A stretch of 64,000 bases of DNA from an uncultured Microthrixaceae bacterium (GCA_942490665.1 CALNXV010000001.1:3661-67660), one strand, 5' to 3'; positions 11,029 to 21,922 are shown, counted from the stretch's first letter. Numbers and translations are program-made. Notes: a model not told the origin generated them from the sequence alone.

Positions 11029-12301
11029 CCACCGTCGACATCGTGATGCTCGCCGTGGTGGTGGTGCTCACGCTCACCGCCGCGGTGCTCGCCCTCGCCG
11101 AGACCTCGATCACCCGGATGAGCCGCTCGCGTGCCGCGGCGCTCGCGCAGAGCGACCCGCGCGGCGGCGCGCGGGTGCTGCGCATCGTCGAGAACCTCGA
11201 ACGCGACCTGAACTCGGTCTACCTGTCGGTCAACATCGTGCAGACCATCCAGTCGGCGCTCGTCGGCGTGCTCTCCGCCCGGCTGTTCGGTGCGGCTGGG
11301 CGTCGCCATCGGCATCATCATCAACGTCCTGGTGCTGTTCGTCATCGCCGAGGCGGCCCCCAAGACTTGGGCGCTGCAGCACACCGAACGTGCCGCGTTG
11401 CTGACCGCGCCGCTCGTCGAGCTCGCCGGCCGCGTGCTGCGCCTGCCCGCACGGCTGCTCATCGGTGTCGCCAACGTCATCCTGCCGGGCAAGGGCCTCA
11501 AGAAGGGTCCGTTCGTCACCGAGGAGGAGATCCTGGCGCTCGCCGAGGAGGCGATGGAGCACGCCGTGATCGAGGAGTCCGAGCGTGACCTGATCGAGTC
11601 GATCATCGACTTCGGCGACACCGTGGCGCGCGAGATCATGGTGCCGCGCACCGACATGGTCACCGTTGGACGCCGACTCGAGCGTCGCCGAAGTGGTCGA
11701 CACAGCGATCGAGCGCGGGTTGTCCCGCATTCCCGTCTTCGGCGAGAACACCGACGACATCGTCGGCGTCGTCTACGTCAAGGACGCGATGCGCGCCGAG
11801 CGCGAAGGTGGGGCGGCACGCCCCGTGGGCGAGCTGGTCCACCCGGCGCTGTTCGTCCCCGAGACCAAGCGGGTCAGCGAGCTGCTCTCGGAGATGCAGT
11901 TGCGTCACACCCACATGGCGATCGTCGTCGACGAGTACGGCGGCACCGCGGGCCTGGCGACCCTCGAGGACCTGCTCGAGGAGCTGGTCGGCGAGATCAC
12001 CGACGAGTTCGACGATGAGGTCCCCAACGTCGAGGAGCTGCCTGGCGGCGACGTGTTGGTCAACGCGACCCTCAACGTCGACGACGTCAACGAGGAGCTC
12101 GACCTGGAGCTGCCGGAGGGGAACTGGGACTCCGTCGGCGGGCTGGTGTTCGGCCTGCTCGGGCGGGTTCCGGTGCCGGGCGACGCGGTCGAGGTGGACG
12201 GCATCCAGCTCGTCGTCGAGCGGGTCGACGGACGTCGCGTGACCCGGGTCCGACTCGTGCGACCGGAACCCGCGCTGGCCGAGACCGAGGACGCCGGATG
12301 A
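11025..12301 (+). pseudogene. DUF21-CBS-CorC_HlyC family membrane protein (TlyC/CorC-like), frameshifts near 11285 and 11665
   Basis: ETSITRMSRSRAAAL, AEAAPKTWALQH, EESERDLIESIIDFGDTVAREIMVPRTDMV, MAIVVDEYGGTAGLATLEDLLEELVGEI and IQLVVERVDGRRVTRVRL. Confidence 0.8.
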
Positions 12302-12314
12302 CCGGGCGCACGGG

Positions 12315-13312
12315 ATGAGTGGCGAGGAACCGCCTCCGGATTCCGACCACGGACCAGCCTCGCCAGCGGACGACGGACCCACGTCGGACCCGGCTGCGGG
12401 GCCGACGGTCGACCTCGATGCGATGCTCGCCGCAGCGGGGATCGCGGCGGACGAGGACTCGACGCCCGAGGGACACCGCTCCGGCTTCGTGACGCTGGTG
12501 GGGCGCCCGAACGTCGGCAAGTCGACCCTGGTCAACCGGATCCTCGGCCAGAAGGTCTCGATCGTCTCGGACAAGCCGCAGACCACGCGCCACCAGGTCC
12601 GCGGTGTGCTCACGCGGCCCGACACCCAGGTGGTCTTCGTCGACACACCGGGAATCCACAAGCCACGCACGCTCATGGGGGAGCGGCTGAACGACACTGC
12701 GACCGGCGCGCTCGACGGCATCGATATCGCCTGTCTCGTCGTCGACGCGACGGCACCGATCGGCCCGGGTGACCGCTTCATCGCCCAGCGGCTTCCGGCC
12801 GACGCGGTGCTGGTGCTGAACAAGATCGACCGCGCCGACGACGCCCGCGTGCTCGCGCAGCTGGCCGCGGCCTCGGACCTCGAGCTGTCGGAGTACTTCC
12901 CGATCTCGGCGCGCACGGGATCCGGGGTGGATGCGCTGGTGGATCACCTCGTGTCGCGTCTGCCCGAGGGGCCGCGCTGGTACCCCGGCGGACGAGGTCA
13001 GCGACGTCCCCGAGCCGTTCCTGGGTCGCCGAGCTGGTGCGCGAGCAGTTGCTGGCAGTGTCGCGCGAGGAGCTGCCGCACTCGATCGCGACGCGCGTCG
13101 TCGAGTGGGAGTGGCCGCGGATCCGTGTCGAGATCCTCGTCGAGCGCGACTCCCAGAAGGGCATCGTGATCGGCCGGGGCGGATCGGTGCTCAAGGAGGT
13201 CGGCACCCGCGCTCGGGCGCAGCTGCCGCCGGGTGCGTTCCTCGAGCTGCACGTCACCGTCGAGAAGAACTGGCAGTCGCGCGCCGCGTCCCTCGAGCGC
13301 CTCGGGTACTGA
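12315..13312 (+). pseudogene. era: GTPase Era, two +1 frame shifts (extra G near 12989 and near 13024)
   Basis: GRPNVGKSTLVN, DTPGIHKP, LNKID, then ADEVSDVPEPFL, then AELVREQLL...KGIVIGRGGSVLKEVG (KH domain), in three successive frames. Confidence 0.88.
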
Positions 13313-13356
13313 TCGCCTCGTCGGCCACGACGGGGCCCGTCGTCTCCTCGGGTACG

Positions 13357-14095
13357 GTGCGCCACGTGGATCTCTCCGAGCTCGACCCCTCGCGCATCCC
13401 GACCCACGTCGCCATCGTGATGGACGGCAACGGGCGCTGGGCGCAGCGCCGCGGCCTGCCCCGCACGGACGGCCACGCGGCGGGCGAGGAGGCGCTGATG
13501 GACACGATCTGGGGGGCGCTCGACGCCGGGGTCCGCTGGCTCACCGTGTACGCGTTCTCCACCGAGAACTGGAAGCGACCCGTCGACGAGGTCCGCTTCC
13601 TCATGAACTTCAACGAACGCCTCCTGCTCACGCGCCGCGACGAGCTGAACGAGCGAGACGTCAAGATGCAGTTCATCGGCCGCCGCGACTGGCGGGTCCC
13701 GAAGCGGATCCTGCGCCACATCGACCGGACGCTCGAGCTGACGAAGGACAACCGGGCCATGACGGTGAGCATGGCGTTCAACTACGGAGGGCGGGCCGAA
13801 CTCGTCGATGCCGTCCGTTCGATCGTCGACAGCGGGAGTCCCGGCGGACAAGGTGACCGAGTCCACGATCCGCCGGCACCTCTACGACCCGACGATGCCG
13901 GACCCGGAGCTGATGGTGCGGACCTCGGGGGAACACCGCATGTCGAACTTCCTGATGTGGGAGACCGCCTACTCGGAGTTGGTGTTCACCGACGTGCTGT
14001 GGCCCGACTTCCGCCGATCGAACCTCTACGACGCGATCCACGAGTACCAGCGCCGCGACCGGCGTTTCGGCGGTCTGTCCGACGCGGCGCCATGA
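13357..14095 (+). pseudogene. uppS: undecaprenyl/isoprenyl diphosphate synthase, one frameshift near 13846
   Basis: HVAIVMDGNGRWA, LTVYAFSTENWKRP, then [25 protein letters not shown] in the +1 frame. Confidence 0.85.
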
Positions 14096-14132
14096 CCACC
14101 CGGCGGCTCGACGGCCGTGGGAGACTCGCTGG

Positions 14133-14941
14133 GTGAGCCTGTACCGCGACCATGCGATCGTGCTGCGGACCTACAAGCTGGGCGAGGCCGACCGCATCGT
14201 GGTGGTGCTCACACGCTCCACCGGCAAGGTCCGAGCGGTGGCCAAGGGGGTGCGCCGGACCGGGTCCAAGTTCGGCTCACGCGTCGAGCCGGGCTCGTAC
14301 ACGCAGATGCAGCTGCACGAGGGGCGTGGCGAGCTCGAGATCGTCACCCAGGCGGAGACCGTCGAGGCGTTCCACACGACCCGTTCGGACCTCACCCGGC
14401 TCTCACGGGCCGCTGCGCTGCTCGAGGCCGTCGACCAGCTCGCCCAGGAACGCGAGTCGTCACCCCGGCTGTTCGACATGCTGCTCGGCGGGCTGCGCAC
14501 CATCGAGGACCGCAACCCGGCGATGGTCGTCGCTGCGTTCTACCTGAAGCTGCTCGCCAACGAGGGGGTCGCCCCCGAGCTCGAGTGCTGCGTCGACTGC
14601 GCCGAGGCCACCGAGACGTTGGCCTGGGCGGTCGAGGCCGGCGGGGTGCGCTGTGGGGGCTGCGGCGGCGGTCGCCGGGTCTCGGACACAGCCCTCGCGG
14701 TCGGGCGAGCGGTGCTCGGCGGCGGTATGAACGCCGTGCTCGACCTGCCCGAGGATCCCGTCACCCACGAGGTGGAGGCACTCGCAACGGCGTCGTTGGA
14801 GGCGCACCTCGAGCGACGGCTCCGAGCGAGCCGGTGCTGCACGGCGCCTGGCGCGGATCGGGGAGCGGCCGGAGCCGCTCCCCGATCCCATGTCAGCTCC
14901 GATGGAGTCTCAGCTCTACGGAGCCACGGGCTCCTGGTTGA
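14133..14941 (+). CDS. recO: DNA repair protein RecO; 3' end uncertain because no in-frame stop occurs before the convergent gene
   Basis: MSLYRDHAIVLRTYKLGEADRIVVVLTRSTGKVRAVAKG, plus the zinc motif CCVDC...CGGCGG. The original frame stays open to 15821 as antisense of the next gene. The end given assumes a shift near 14830. Confidence 0.75.
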
Positions 14942-15782
14942 GCGCCCGGTAGGCGTAGGTGATGGTGACCAGTGCGACGGGCACGGTCACCAGCAGGCCG
15001 ACGTAGCAGAGCAACGTGCCGACGTAGTAGATGGCGTAGGCGAGGATCAGGATGATGAACACCTGTCCGGCGTTCTCCTTCACCACGTTGATGCTCCGGC
15101 TGATGGCGTCGCCCGGTCCCATGCCCTTGTCGAGGGCGTAGAGCGGCGCGAAGGCGGTGAAGAACAGCCAGATGATGCCGGGGATGATGCAGAGCACGAA
15201 CCCGACGAACGCGCCGACGGCGACGAGCAGCACGGTGAGGACGTACGGCCCGATGTTGTCGGTCTCGGTCAGCATCGAGATCGATGGCGCCCGCCCCTGG
15301 GTGACGGCCAGTCCGGCGCGGTACACGCCCGCTTGGACGATGAACGTGACGGCCATCACGAGGACCGTCGCGACGCTCGTCCCCACCAAGCTGAGCAGCG
15401 CCGAGTCGCTGGCGACCGCCGGCAGGATCACCAGGAACGCGATGAGCGAGACCACCACGGTGGCCACGAACACCGCCAGCATGAGGACGACGAAGTCCTT
15501 CGCGTTCTCCTGGAACTTCTTCCAGCCGTAGCCGACGGCTGCGCCGACGTCGAGCGGTGGCAGACCTCCGCCGTAGGGCTGCCCCGGCGGCGGGGAGAAC
15601 CCGCCAGGAGGCCCACCCATCCCACCGCCGGGCGGTCCCGGGGGCGGTCCTGGCGGCGGTCCTGGCGGTTGTCCTCCCGGCGGTCCGGGTGGCGGGCCTC
15701 CGGGCAGGTCCCGGTGGCGGTGGCGGGGTGCACCCCCGGGTGGTGGAGGCGGGTTCGGGTTGCTCATGGACGGCCCTCCCAA
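14916..15782 (-). CDS. multi-pass membrane protein with Pro/Gly-rich N-terminus
   Basis: Intact 288-aa ORF with PPGPPGGQPPGPPPGPPPGPPGGG followed by several hydrophobic spans. A family was not recognised with confidence. Confidence 0.65.
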   Translation of the reverse strand: MGGPSMSNPNPPPPPGGAPRHRHRDLPGGPPPGPPGGQPPGPPPGPPPGPPGGGMGGPPGGFSPPPGQPYGGGLPPLDVGAAVGYGWKKFQENAKDFVVLMLAVFVATVVVSLIAFLVILPAVASDSALLSLVGTSVATVLVMAVTFIVQAGVYRAGLAVTQGRAPSISMLTETDNIGPYVLTVLLVAVGAFVGFVLCIIPGIIWLFFTAFAPLYALDKGMGPGDAISRSINVVKENAGQVFIILILAYAIYYVGTLLCYVGLLVTVPVALVTITYAYRALNQEPVAP

Positions 15783-15807
15783 GGGTCGGTGTTCGGGGAT
15801 CGCGTGG

Positions 15808-16545
15808 TCACCGGGTGGTGATCACGTAGGTGGAGGCGACGCGGTCGAACACGTCGCGGCGACGCTCGTCGGTGAGCACCAGCGCGAGGTTCGCCGCCAG
15901 CAGCAGAATGCGGCCGAAGCTGGCGAAGAGCCCGACGAACGGAACGAGGCTGAGCACGATCAGCGCCAGCACCGGGAGCCAGCGGCGGAACGCAGTGGCA
16001 CCGTCGAGCTGCCCGCCGTCCTGGCGGATGATGCGCAGTCCCAGCATGAGCTTGCCGGGCTGACCCCCGAAGCGGGCGGGGATCACGACGTTGTAGACGA
16101 GGTCGACCAGCACGAGCACGGCCTGGAGGGTCAGAGCGGCAGCGATGCCGATGTCCAGTCCGCCGGTCGTGGTCGCCGAGGTGCTGAAGTCGCTGGAACC
16201 GGTGAAGGCCGAGTCGGTGTCGATGAGCGTCGCCACGGCGATGATCGACACGGCGATGTTCAACAGCAGCACGATGACCATGTCGATCGCCTTGGCGCCG
16301 ATGCGGGCGCCCGCGGGCGCGATCCGCACGCCGAGCTCCGGCACCCAGCCTTCGGCGTCGTAGCCGGGCACGAACGGCTGAGCCGGCGGCTGGGCGGGCT
16401 GGGGGAACTGCCCGGGCCCTGGGAACTGGCCGGGTGGTGGGGGCTGGAACTGGCCGGGTGGTGGGGGCTGGAACTGGCCGGGAAGGGGAGGTGTGGGCCC
16501 GCCGTCGCGACCGTCGTCGTGGGGTGGCTCGTTCGGCTCGCTCAT
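15808..16545 (-). CDS. RDD-family membrane protein with PGQF-repeat N-terminus
   Basis: MSEPNEPP...PGQFQPPPPGQFQPPPPGQF..., ARIGAKAIDMVIV, GGQPGKLMLGLRIIRQDG and DERRRDVFDRVASTYVI. The ATG is at 16543-16545. Confidence 0.75.
   Translation of the reverse strand: MSEPNEPPHDDGRDGGPTPPLPGQFQPPPPGQFQPPPPGQFPGPGQFPQPAQPPAQPFVPGYDAEGWVPELGVRIAPAGARIGAKAIDMVIVLLLNIAVSIIAVATLIDTDSAFTGSSDFSTSATTTGGLDIGIAAALTLQAVLVLVDLVYNVVIPARFGGQPGKLMLGLRIIRQDGGQLDGATAFRRWLPVLALIVLSLVPFVGLFASFGRILLLAANLALVLTDERRRDVFDRVASTYVITTR
16396..16488. repeat. in-frame 24-nt tandem repeat (about 3 good units plus degenerate ones) inside the RDD gene
   Basis: Units GCTGGAACTGGCCGGGTGGTGGGG at 16419-16442, 16443-16466 and 16467-16488 encode PGQF(Q)PPP on the - strand. 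Confidence 0.85.
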
Positions 16546-16659
16546 GGGTCCTCCGGCCGACCCGGCGGGTCGGCGATGCGCGTTTCGTACCGTACCGGCC
16601 TCGGTCGCGGTTCCGGCGGACTGCCGCCGCCAGGAGATGGCGGCGGTAGCGTTGCCCGG

Positions 16660-17997
16660 ATGGACGCAGCTACCTCGACCGGGCCGACGCCGGATCCGAA
16701 GCTCTTCGACAAGGTCGTCAACCTGACGAAGCGGCGCGGCTTCGTGTACCCGTCGGCAGAGATCTACGGCGGGTTCCGCTCCACCTACGACTACGGGCCG
16801 GTCGGTGTGCTGCTGTTGCGCAACGTCAAGGACGCCTGGTGGCGTTCGATGGTCCAGCTGCGTGATGACGTGGTCGGCCTCGACGCCTCGATCCTGTCGC
16901 CCCCACAGGTGTGGGAGGCCTCCGGGCACCTGTCGAACTTCACCGATCCGCTCGTGGACTGCACCAACTGCAACACCCGGTGGCGCCTCGACAAGCTCGA
17001 CGATCCCGAGCAGTGCCCCAGCTGTGGCACGCGTGGTGCGTTCACCGAGCCCCGCCAGTTCAACCTGATGTTCAAGACCCACGCCGGGCCGGTGCAGGAG
17101 GCGGCTGCGGTTGCGTACCTGCGACCCGAGACCGCCCAGGGCATGTTCATCAACTTCAAGAACGTGATCGACACGACGCGGGTCCGGCCGCCGTTCGGCA
17201 TCGCACAGGTCGGCAAGTCGTTCCGCAACGAGATCACCCCCGGGAACTTCGTGTTCCGCACCCGTGAGTTCGAACAGATGGAGATGGAGTTCTTCGTCTC
17301 GCCCGACGACGCGCAGGGCTGGTACGAGTACTGGTGCGCCGAGCGCTACCAGTGGTACCTCGACCACGGGATGCCCGCAGAGCTGCTGCGGCTGCGGCCC
17401 CATGACGACGACGAGCTGTCGCACTACTCGTCGGGCACCTCGGACGTCGAGTTCCTGTTCCCCTGGGGTTGGGACGAGCTCGAGGGCATCGCGAACCGGG
17501 GCGACTACGACCTCACCCAGCACGCGGAGCACTCCGGCGAGCGACTGGAGTGGTTCGACCAGGCGAGCGGCGACCGCTACGTCCCCCACGTGATCGAACC
17601 GGCGGCCGGCGCGACACGGACGGCGATGGCGTTCCTGATGGCCGCCTACGACGAGGAAGAGGTCAAGGGCGACACCCGGACCGTCCTGCGACTGCACCAC
17701 CGGATCGCGCCCTACAAGGTGGCGGTGCTGCCGCTGTCGAAGAAGCCGGAGCTGTCCGGTCCCGCTCGTGAGCTCGCGACCCGGCTCCGGGGCGAGTTCA
17801 TGTGCGACTACGACGAGACCCAGTCGATCGGACGCCGGTACCGTCGCCAGGACGAGCTCGGCACCCCGTTCTGCGTGACGATGGACTTCGACTCGCTCGA
17901 CGACGACGCCGTGACGGTCCGTGAGCGCGACTCCATGGAACAGGAGCGGGTCGGCATTGCAGAGGTCGACGCCTACCTGCGAGAACGACTTCGCTGA
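16660..17997 (+). CDS. glyQS: glycyl-tRNA synthetase (class II, single-chain)
   Basis: Intact ORF with KRRGFVYPSAEIYGG, YLRPETAQGMF, FRNEITPGNFVFRTREFEQMEMEFF and IEPAAGATR. Confidence 0.93.
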   Translation: MDAATSTGPTPDPKLFDKVVNLTKRRGFVYPSAEIYGGFRSTYDYGPVGVLLLRNVKDAWWRSMVQLRDDVVGLDASILSPPQVWEASGHLSNFTDPLVDCTNCNTRWRLDKLDDPEQCPSCGTRGAFTEPRQFNLMFKTHAGPVQEAAAVAYLRPETAQGMFINFKNVIDTTRVRPPFGIAQVGKSFRNEITPGNFVFRTREFEQMEMEFFVSPDDAQGWYEYWCAERYQWYLDHGMPAELLRLRPHDDDELSHYSSGTSDVEFLFPWGWDELEGIANRGDYDLTQHAEHSGERLEWFDQASGDRYVPHVIEPAAGATRTAMAFLMAAYDEEEVKGDTRTVLRLHHRIAPYKVAVLPLSKKPELSGPARELATRLRGEFMCDYDETQSIGRRYRRQDELGTPFCVTMDFDSLDDDAVTVRERDSMEQERVGIAEVDAYLRERLR

Positions 17998-18031
17998 CCG
18001 CAGGTCCGAACCGCGACGGAGCGTTGCGGCG

Positions 18032-18331
18032 TCAGGTCGCGCTGAACGCAGCGATCAGCGCTGCGCCGAGCGCGACCGTCGTCGTGAGGGTCACCAGCAT
18101 CATGCGTTGGAACCCCTGGTGCATCTCGGCGCGCAGCTCTGCGATCTCGACGCGGACATCCGCGATCTCGGCTCGGACATCAGCGATCTCGGCGCGCACG
18201 AACCCCTGGGTGACGGGTTCGTCGAGATCCCTGACCGGGAAGTGCGACAGCATCTCCTCGACCGCCTCCTCGTCGACCAGGTCCTTCAACCCGGCGTAGA
18301 TGGCCGACCGGCTCCGTTGGCTCAGTGACAC
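18032..18331 (-). CDS. small coiled-coil protein with C-terminal membrane anchor
   Basis: 99 aa with RAEIADVRAEIADVRVEIAELRAEM heptads, then MMLVTLTTTVALGAALIAAF. Confidence 0.6.
   Translation of the reverse strand: MSLSQRSRSAIYAGLKDLVDEEAVEEMLSHFPVRDLDEPVTQGFVRAEIADVRAEIADVRVEIAELRAEMHQGFQRMMLVTLTTTVALGAALIAAFSAT
18125..18208. repeat. in-frame 21-nt tandem repeat, about 4 units
   Basis: CTCGGCGCGCAGCTCTGCGAT / CTCGACGCGGACATCCGCGAT / CTCGGCTCGGACATCAGCGAT / CTCGGCGCGCACGAA... Confidence 0.85.
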
Positions 18332-18445
18332 GGCGTTCCTCTGTCGTCGCAGCGCCGGTGGGCGGTCGGCGCTCAGTTGGCAGGGGAAGTGAACTCACGA
18401 TACCCCTCGGGGTGCGTCGCAGCGCCCCGGTAGGATCGCCTTGCT

Positions 18446-20302
18446 GTGGGGATCGTGGACGAGGACATCGCACGGGTGCGCGAGGCGACCGACATCGTCG
18501 CGGTCATCTCCCAGTTCACCCAGCTCAAGCGAGTGGGCCAGCGATGGAGCGGCCTGTGCCCGTTCCACGCGGAGAAGTCGCCGAGTTTCTCGGTCAACCC
18601 GACCGAGGGGCTCTACCACTGCTTCGGCTGCAAGGCCTCGGGTGACGCGATCACCTTCCTGCGCGAGAAGGAGCAGCTCGACTTCGTCGGCGCGGTCGAG
18701 CAGCTCGCCGCACGGGCGTCCATCGTGCTGCGCTACACCGATCACGACGAGGGCGAAGGGCGCAAGCGGCGCACCCGGCTCTTCGAGCTGACCGAACGCG
18801 CCGCCGACTGGTACCACGAGCGACTCCGCTCGTCGCCCGATGCCGCTGCGGCGCGGGCCTATCTCCGCTCCCGCGGGTTCGACGCGCAGGAGGTGGCCAC
18901 CTTCCGGATCGGCTGGGCGCCCGACGCGTGGGATCTGCTGAGCCGCGAGCTGCGAGCGTCGCGGGCAGACCTGGAGGCGAGCGGCCTGGGGTTCCAGAAC
19001 CGCGCCGGGCGCCTGCAGGACTTCTTCCGGGCACGGATCCTCTTCCCGATCCTCGATGAACGGGGCCAGGTGGTCGGCTTCGGTGGGCGGAAGCTGCCCG
19101 ACGGTGACGGGCCGAAGTACCAGAACAGCCGGGACAACCTCCTCTACGACAAGTCGAAGGTCCTCTACGGGCTGAACTGGGCGAAGGCCGACGCCGTCAA
19201 CCACAACGAGGTCGTCGTGTGCGAGGGCTACACCGACGTGATCGGCTTCGCCCGTGCCGGGGTGCCCCGTGCGGTGGCGACCTGCGGTACCGCGCTCACC
19301 GAGGAGCATGTGCGCCAGCTCAAGCGCTTCACCCGTCGGGTCGTGCTCGCGTACGACGCTGATGAGGCCGGGCGCACCGCGGCGGAGCGGGTCTACGCCT
19401 GGGAGCGAGCACACGAGATCGAGGTCGCCGTCGTCGACCTGCCTGCCGGCAGCGATCCCGACGAGCTCGCCCGAAGCGACCCCGAACGGCTGCGCCGGGC
19501 GGTCGAGGAGGCCCAGCCGTTCCTCGCGTTTCGTCTCGCCCGGGTGCTGAGCGGCGCGGATCTCCGCAGCGCCGAGGCACGCGCCCGACTCGCCGAGTCC
19601 GCGCTCGAGGTCATCGCGGAGCACCCCGACCCGTTGGTGCGTGACCAGTACGTCATGGAGCTGGCCGACACGGCCCGCATCGAGGCGCCACGGCTTCGGG
19701 AACGACTCGAGGCGCTCCGCCGCCGCCCGCGCCCGCAGCGCAGCGAGGAACGGTCCGCCCGGCGCAGCCCACGGCGAGACGATGAGCCGCTCCCGGACGA
19801 GCCGCCCCCGGGGGGCGCCGACGAGGACCCGCCGGTCGGGGTGCCACGGTTCGCCCCGATCCGCGACGGGGTCGAGACCGAGACGCTCCGCCTGGTGATC
19901 CACCAGCGTGATGTGGCAGTTCCGCTGCTCGACGAGGTGATGTTCACCCACCCCACGGCCCGGGCAGCGTGGAACGCGCTCGCCGAGCATCCCGGGGCGG
20001 CCGACGCAGCCCGGGAGGCGCCACCCGACGCCGCGGCGTTGATCACCCGTCTCGCGGTGGACAGCTCCGAGGTCGAGGCGACCGACGTGCTCGTACGGCT
20101 GTCGACCGAGGTGGGCCGCGAAGTGCTCGCCGAGCTCGAGTCCGCGGCGCGACGCTCCGATGACCCGCTCGCGTACAGCGAGTCGATCCGCTGGCTCAAG
20201 GTCACGCTCGACGAGCTGCGTCGACCACACACCGGGGTGGAAGCGCTGGGGCAGTTGCTAGCCTGGCTCGCAGATCGTCGACGAGTGACCGATCAGGGGT
20301 GA
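18446..20302 (+). CDS. dnaG: DNA primase
   Basis: Intact 618 aa with the zinc finger CPFHAEKSPSFSVNPTEGLYHCFGCKASGD and the TOPRIM motifs VVVCEGYTDV and VLAYDADEAG. Confidence 0.95.
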   Translation: MGIVDEDIARVREATDIVAVISQFTQLKRVGQRWSGLCPFHAEKSPSFSVNPTEGLYHCFGCKASGDAITFLREKEQLDFVGAVEQLAARASIVLRYTDHDEGEGRKRRTRLFELTERAADWYHERLRSSPDAAAARAYLRSRGFDAQEVATFRIGWAPDAWDLLSRELRASRADLEASGLGFQNRAGRLQDFFRARILFPILDERGQVVGFGGRKLPDGDGPKYQNSRDNLLYDKSKVLYGLNWAKADAVNHNEVVVCEGYTDVIGFARAGVPRAVATCGTALTEEHVRQLKRFTRRVVLAYDADEAGRTAAERVYAWERAHEIEVAVVDLPAGSDPDELARSDPERLRRAVEEAQPFLAFRLARVLSGADLRSAEARARLAESALEVIAEHPDPLVRDQYVMELADTARIEAPRLRERLEALRRRPRPQRSEERSARRSPRRDDEPLPDEPPPGGADEDPPVGVPRFAPIRDGVETETLRLVIHQRDVAVPLLDEVMFTHPTARAAWNALAEHPGAADAAREAPPDAAALITRLAVDSSEVEATDVLVRLSTEVGREVLAELESAARRSDDPLAYSESIRWLKVTLDELRRPHTGVEALGQLLAWLADRRRVTDQG

Positions 20303-20308
20303 CCACGG

Positions 20309-21601
20309 GTGAGCATCTGGCAGGCAGTGCCGGGCGAGGAGATCTCGGACCTGACGGCCCGTGCGGAGCGCAACGGTGGCGCGCTGTCCCTGGACGACGC
20401 CCTGAGCGCGCTCAAGGCAGAGATGACCGACGAGGTCATGGACCAGACACGGGCGTTCTGGGCGGAGCGCGGTGTGACGCTGCAGGTCGACGTCGAACCC
20501 GAGGGTGACCTGACCGCTGATCTGCCCGATGACGTGCTCGACGCCCCCGGGTCCACGACCGAGGTCGTGATCGACCCCGACGACGGACCGGCCGGGGACC
20601 TGATGCGTCGGCGTGTGGTGCGAACCGCCCGCCGGGCCACCCGACCCGTCTCGTTGCACGGCACCGGCGCCACTGCGGACCCGGTGCGGATGTACCTGCG
20701 CGAGATCGGCCAGGTGCCGCTGCTCGTCGCGTCCGAGGAGGTCGACCTCGCGAAACGGATCGAGGCAGGTGTGTTCGCCGAGGAGCGCCTCGCGGACCTC
20801 AACGCCTCGGGCGGCATCGACGACCTCGACGCCGTCGAGAAGGCGGGGCTGCGCCGGACGGTCCGCGACGGGGAACGCGCCAAGCAGGAGCTCACCCAGG
20901 CCAACCTGCGCCTCGTCGTGTCGATCGCCAAGCGGTACCTGGGCCGAGGCATGCAGATCCTGGACCTGATCCAGGAGGGCAACCTCGGGCTGATGCGTGC
21001 GGTCGAGAAGTTCGACTACACGAAGGGCTTCAAGTTCTCGACCTATGCGACCTGGTGGATCCGCCAGGCGATCACCCGTGCGATCGCGGATCAGGCCCGC
21101 ACGATCCGGATCCCGGTCCACATGGTCGAATCCATCAACAAGGTCCACCGGATCCAGCGCCAGATGATCCAGGACCTCGAGCGGGATCCGACGGTCGAGG
21201 AGCTCGCAGCGAAGGCGGAGCTGACCCCCCAACGGGTGCGCGAGATCATGCGGATCTCCCAGGATCCGCTGTCGCTCGACTCGCCGGTCGGCGACGAGGA
21301 GGACTCACACCTCGCGGACTTCATCGAGGATCAGCACGCCGTCATGCCCGCCGACGTCGCGACGGCCAACTCGTTGTCGGAGCAGATCATGTCGGCGCTC
21401 GACGAGCTGTCGGACCGCGAGAAGGAGGTCGTCCGCCTGCGATTCGGCCTCGACGGCAACCAGCCCCAGACGCTCGAGGAGGTCGGCAACCGCTTCGGCG
21501 TCACCCGTGAGCGGATCCGCCAGATCGAGGCCAAGACACTGGCGAAGCTGCGCCATCCGCAGCGACGCCAGAAGCTCGAGGACTATCTGCGGGCCGACTG
21601 A
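20309..21601 (+). CDS. rpoD: primary-like RNA polymerase sigma-70 factor
   Basis: Intact 430 aa with [58 protein letters not shown] and [20 protein letters not shown]. Confidence 0.93.
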   Translation: MSIWQAVPGEEISDLTARAERNGGALSLDDALSALKAEMTDEVMDQTRAFWAERGVTLQVDVEPEGDLTADLPDDVLDAPGSTTEVVIDPDDGPAGDLMRRRVVRTARRATRPVSLHGTGATADPVRMYLREIGQVPLLVASEEVDLAKRIEAGVFAEERLADLNASGGIDDLDAVEKAGLRRTVRDGERAKQELTQANLRLVVSIAKRYLGRGMQILDLIQEGNLGLMRAVEKFDYTKGFKFSTYATWWIRQAITRAIADQARTIRIPVHMVESINKVHRIQRQMIQDLERDPTVEELAAKAELTPQRVREIMRISQDPLSLDSPVGDEEDSHLADFIEDQHAVMPADVATANSLSEQIMSALDELSDREKEVVRLRFGLDGNQPQTLEEVGNRFGVTRERIRQIEAKTLAKLRHPQRRQKLEDYLRAD

Positions 21602-21697
21602 GGCCGGCGCTCGGGGCTTCCGACCCAGCGACAGCCGCTGCTATCGTGACCCCTTGCCACTGACCCGGGATCCGTCCGACGGAGCTGGGGTCGGCCT

Positions 21698-21770
21698 TCC
21701 GGGGTAGCTCAGTTGGCAGAGCAGCTGACTGTTAATCAGCGGGTCGTGAGTTCGAGCCTCACCCCCGGAG
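21698..21770 (+). tRNA. tRNA-Asn (GTT)
   Basis: Cloverleaf TCCGGGG/CCCCGGA acceptor, GCTC..GAGC D arm, anticodon loop CTGTTAA, T arm GTGAG-TTCGAGC-CTCAC. No encoded CCA. Confidence 0.9.
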
Positions 21771-21922
21771 CAACGCAGTAGACGCAGCCTCGCCCCAGCG
21801 GGGCCACGTCCGCGGGCGCGTCTGCGTCATCCTGGCCGATCCACGGCGGTCGCCGCGGCTGGTGACGCACGAACGCACTGGCGCTCGGCAGGTGCGCGTG
21901 GGAAGGCTGGACGACGTAGGCG

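Noticed and set aside
9455-14941. Frame switches as programmed ribosomal frameshifting or recoding
   Set aside because: There are too many, in unrelated essential genes, in both directions, without slippery heptamers or downstream structures that I could see. Several sit in simple G/C runs.
18125-18208. Short tandem repeats (here and at 16396-16488) as a possible CRISPR array
   Set aside because: The units are 21 and 24 nt, directly abutting with no spacers, in frame inside ORFs, and no cas genes are nearby.
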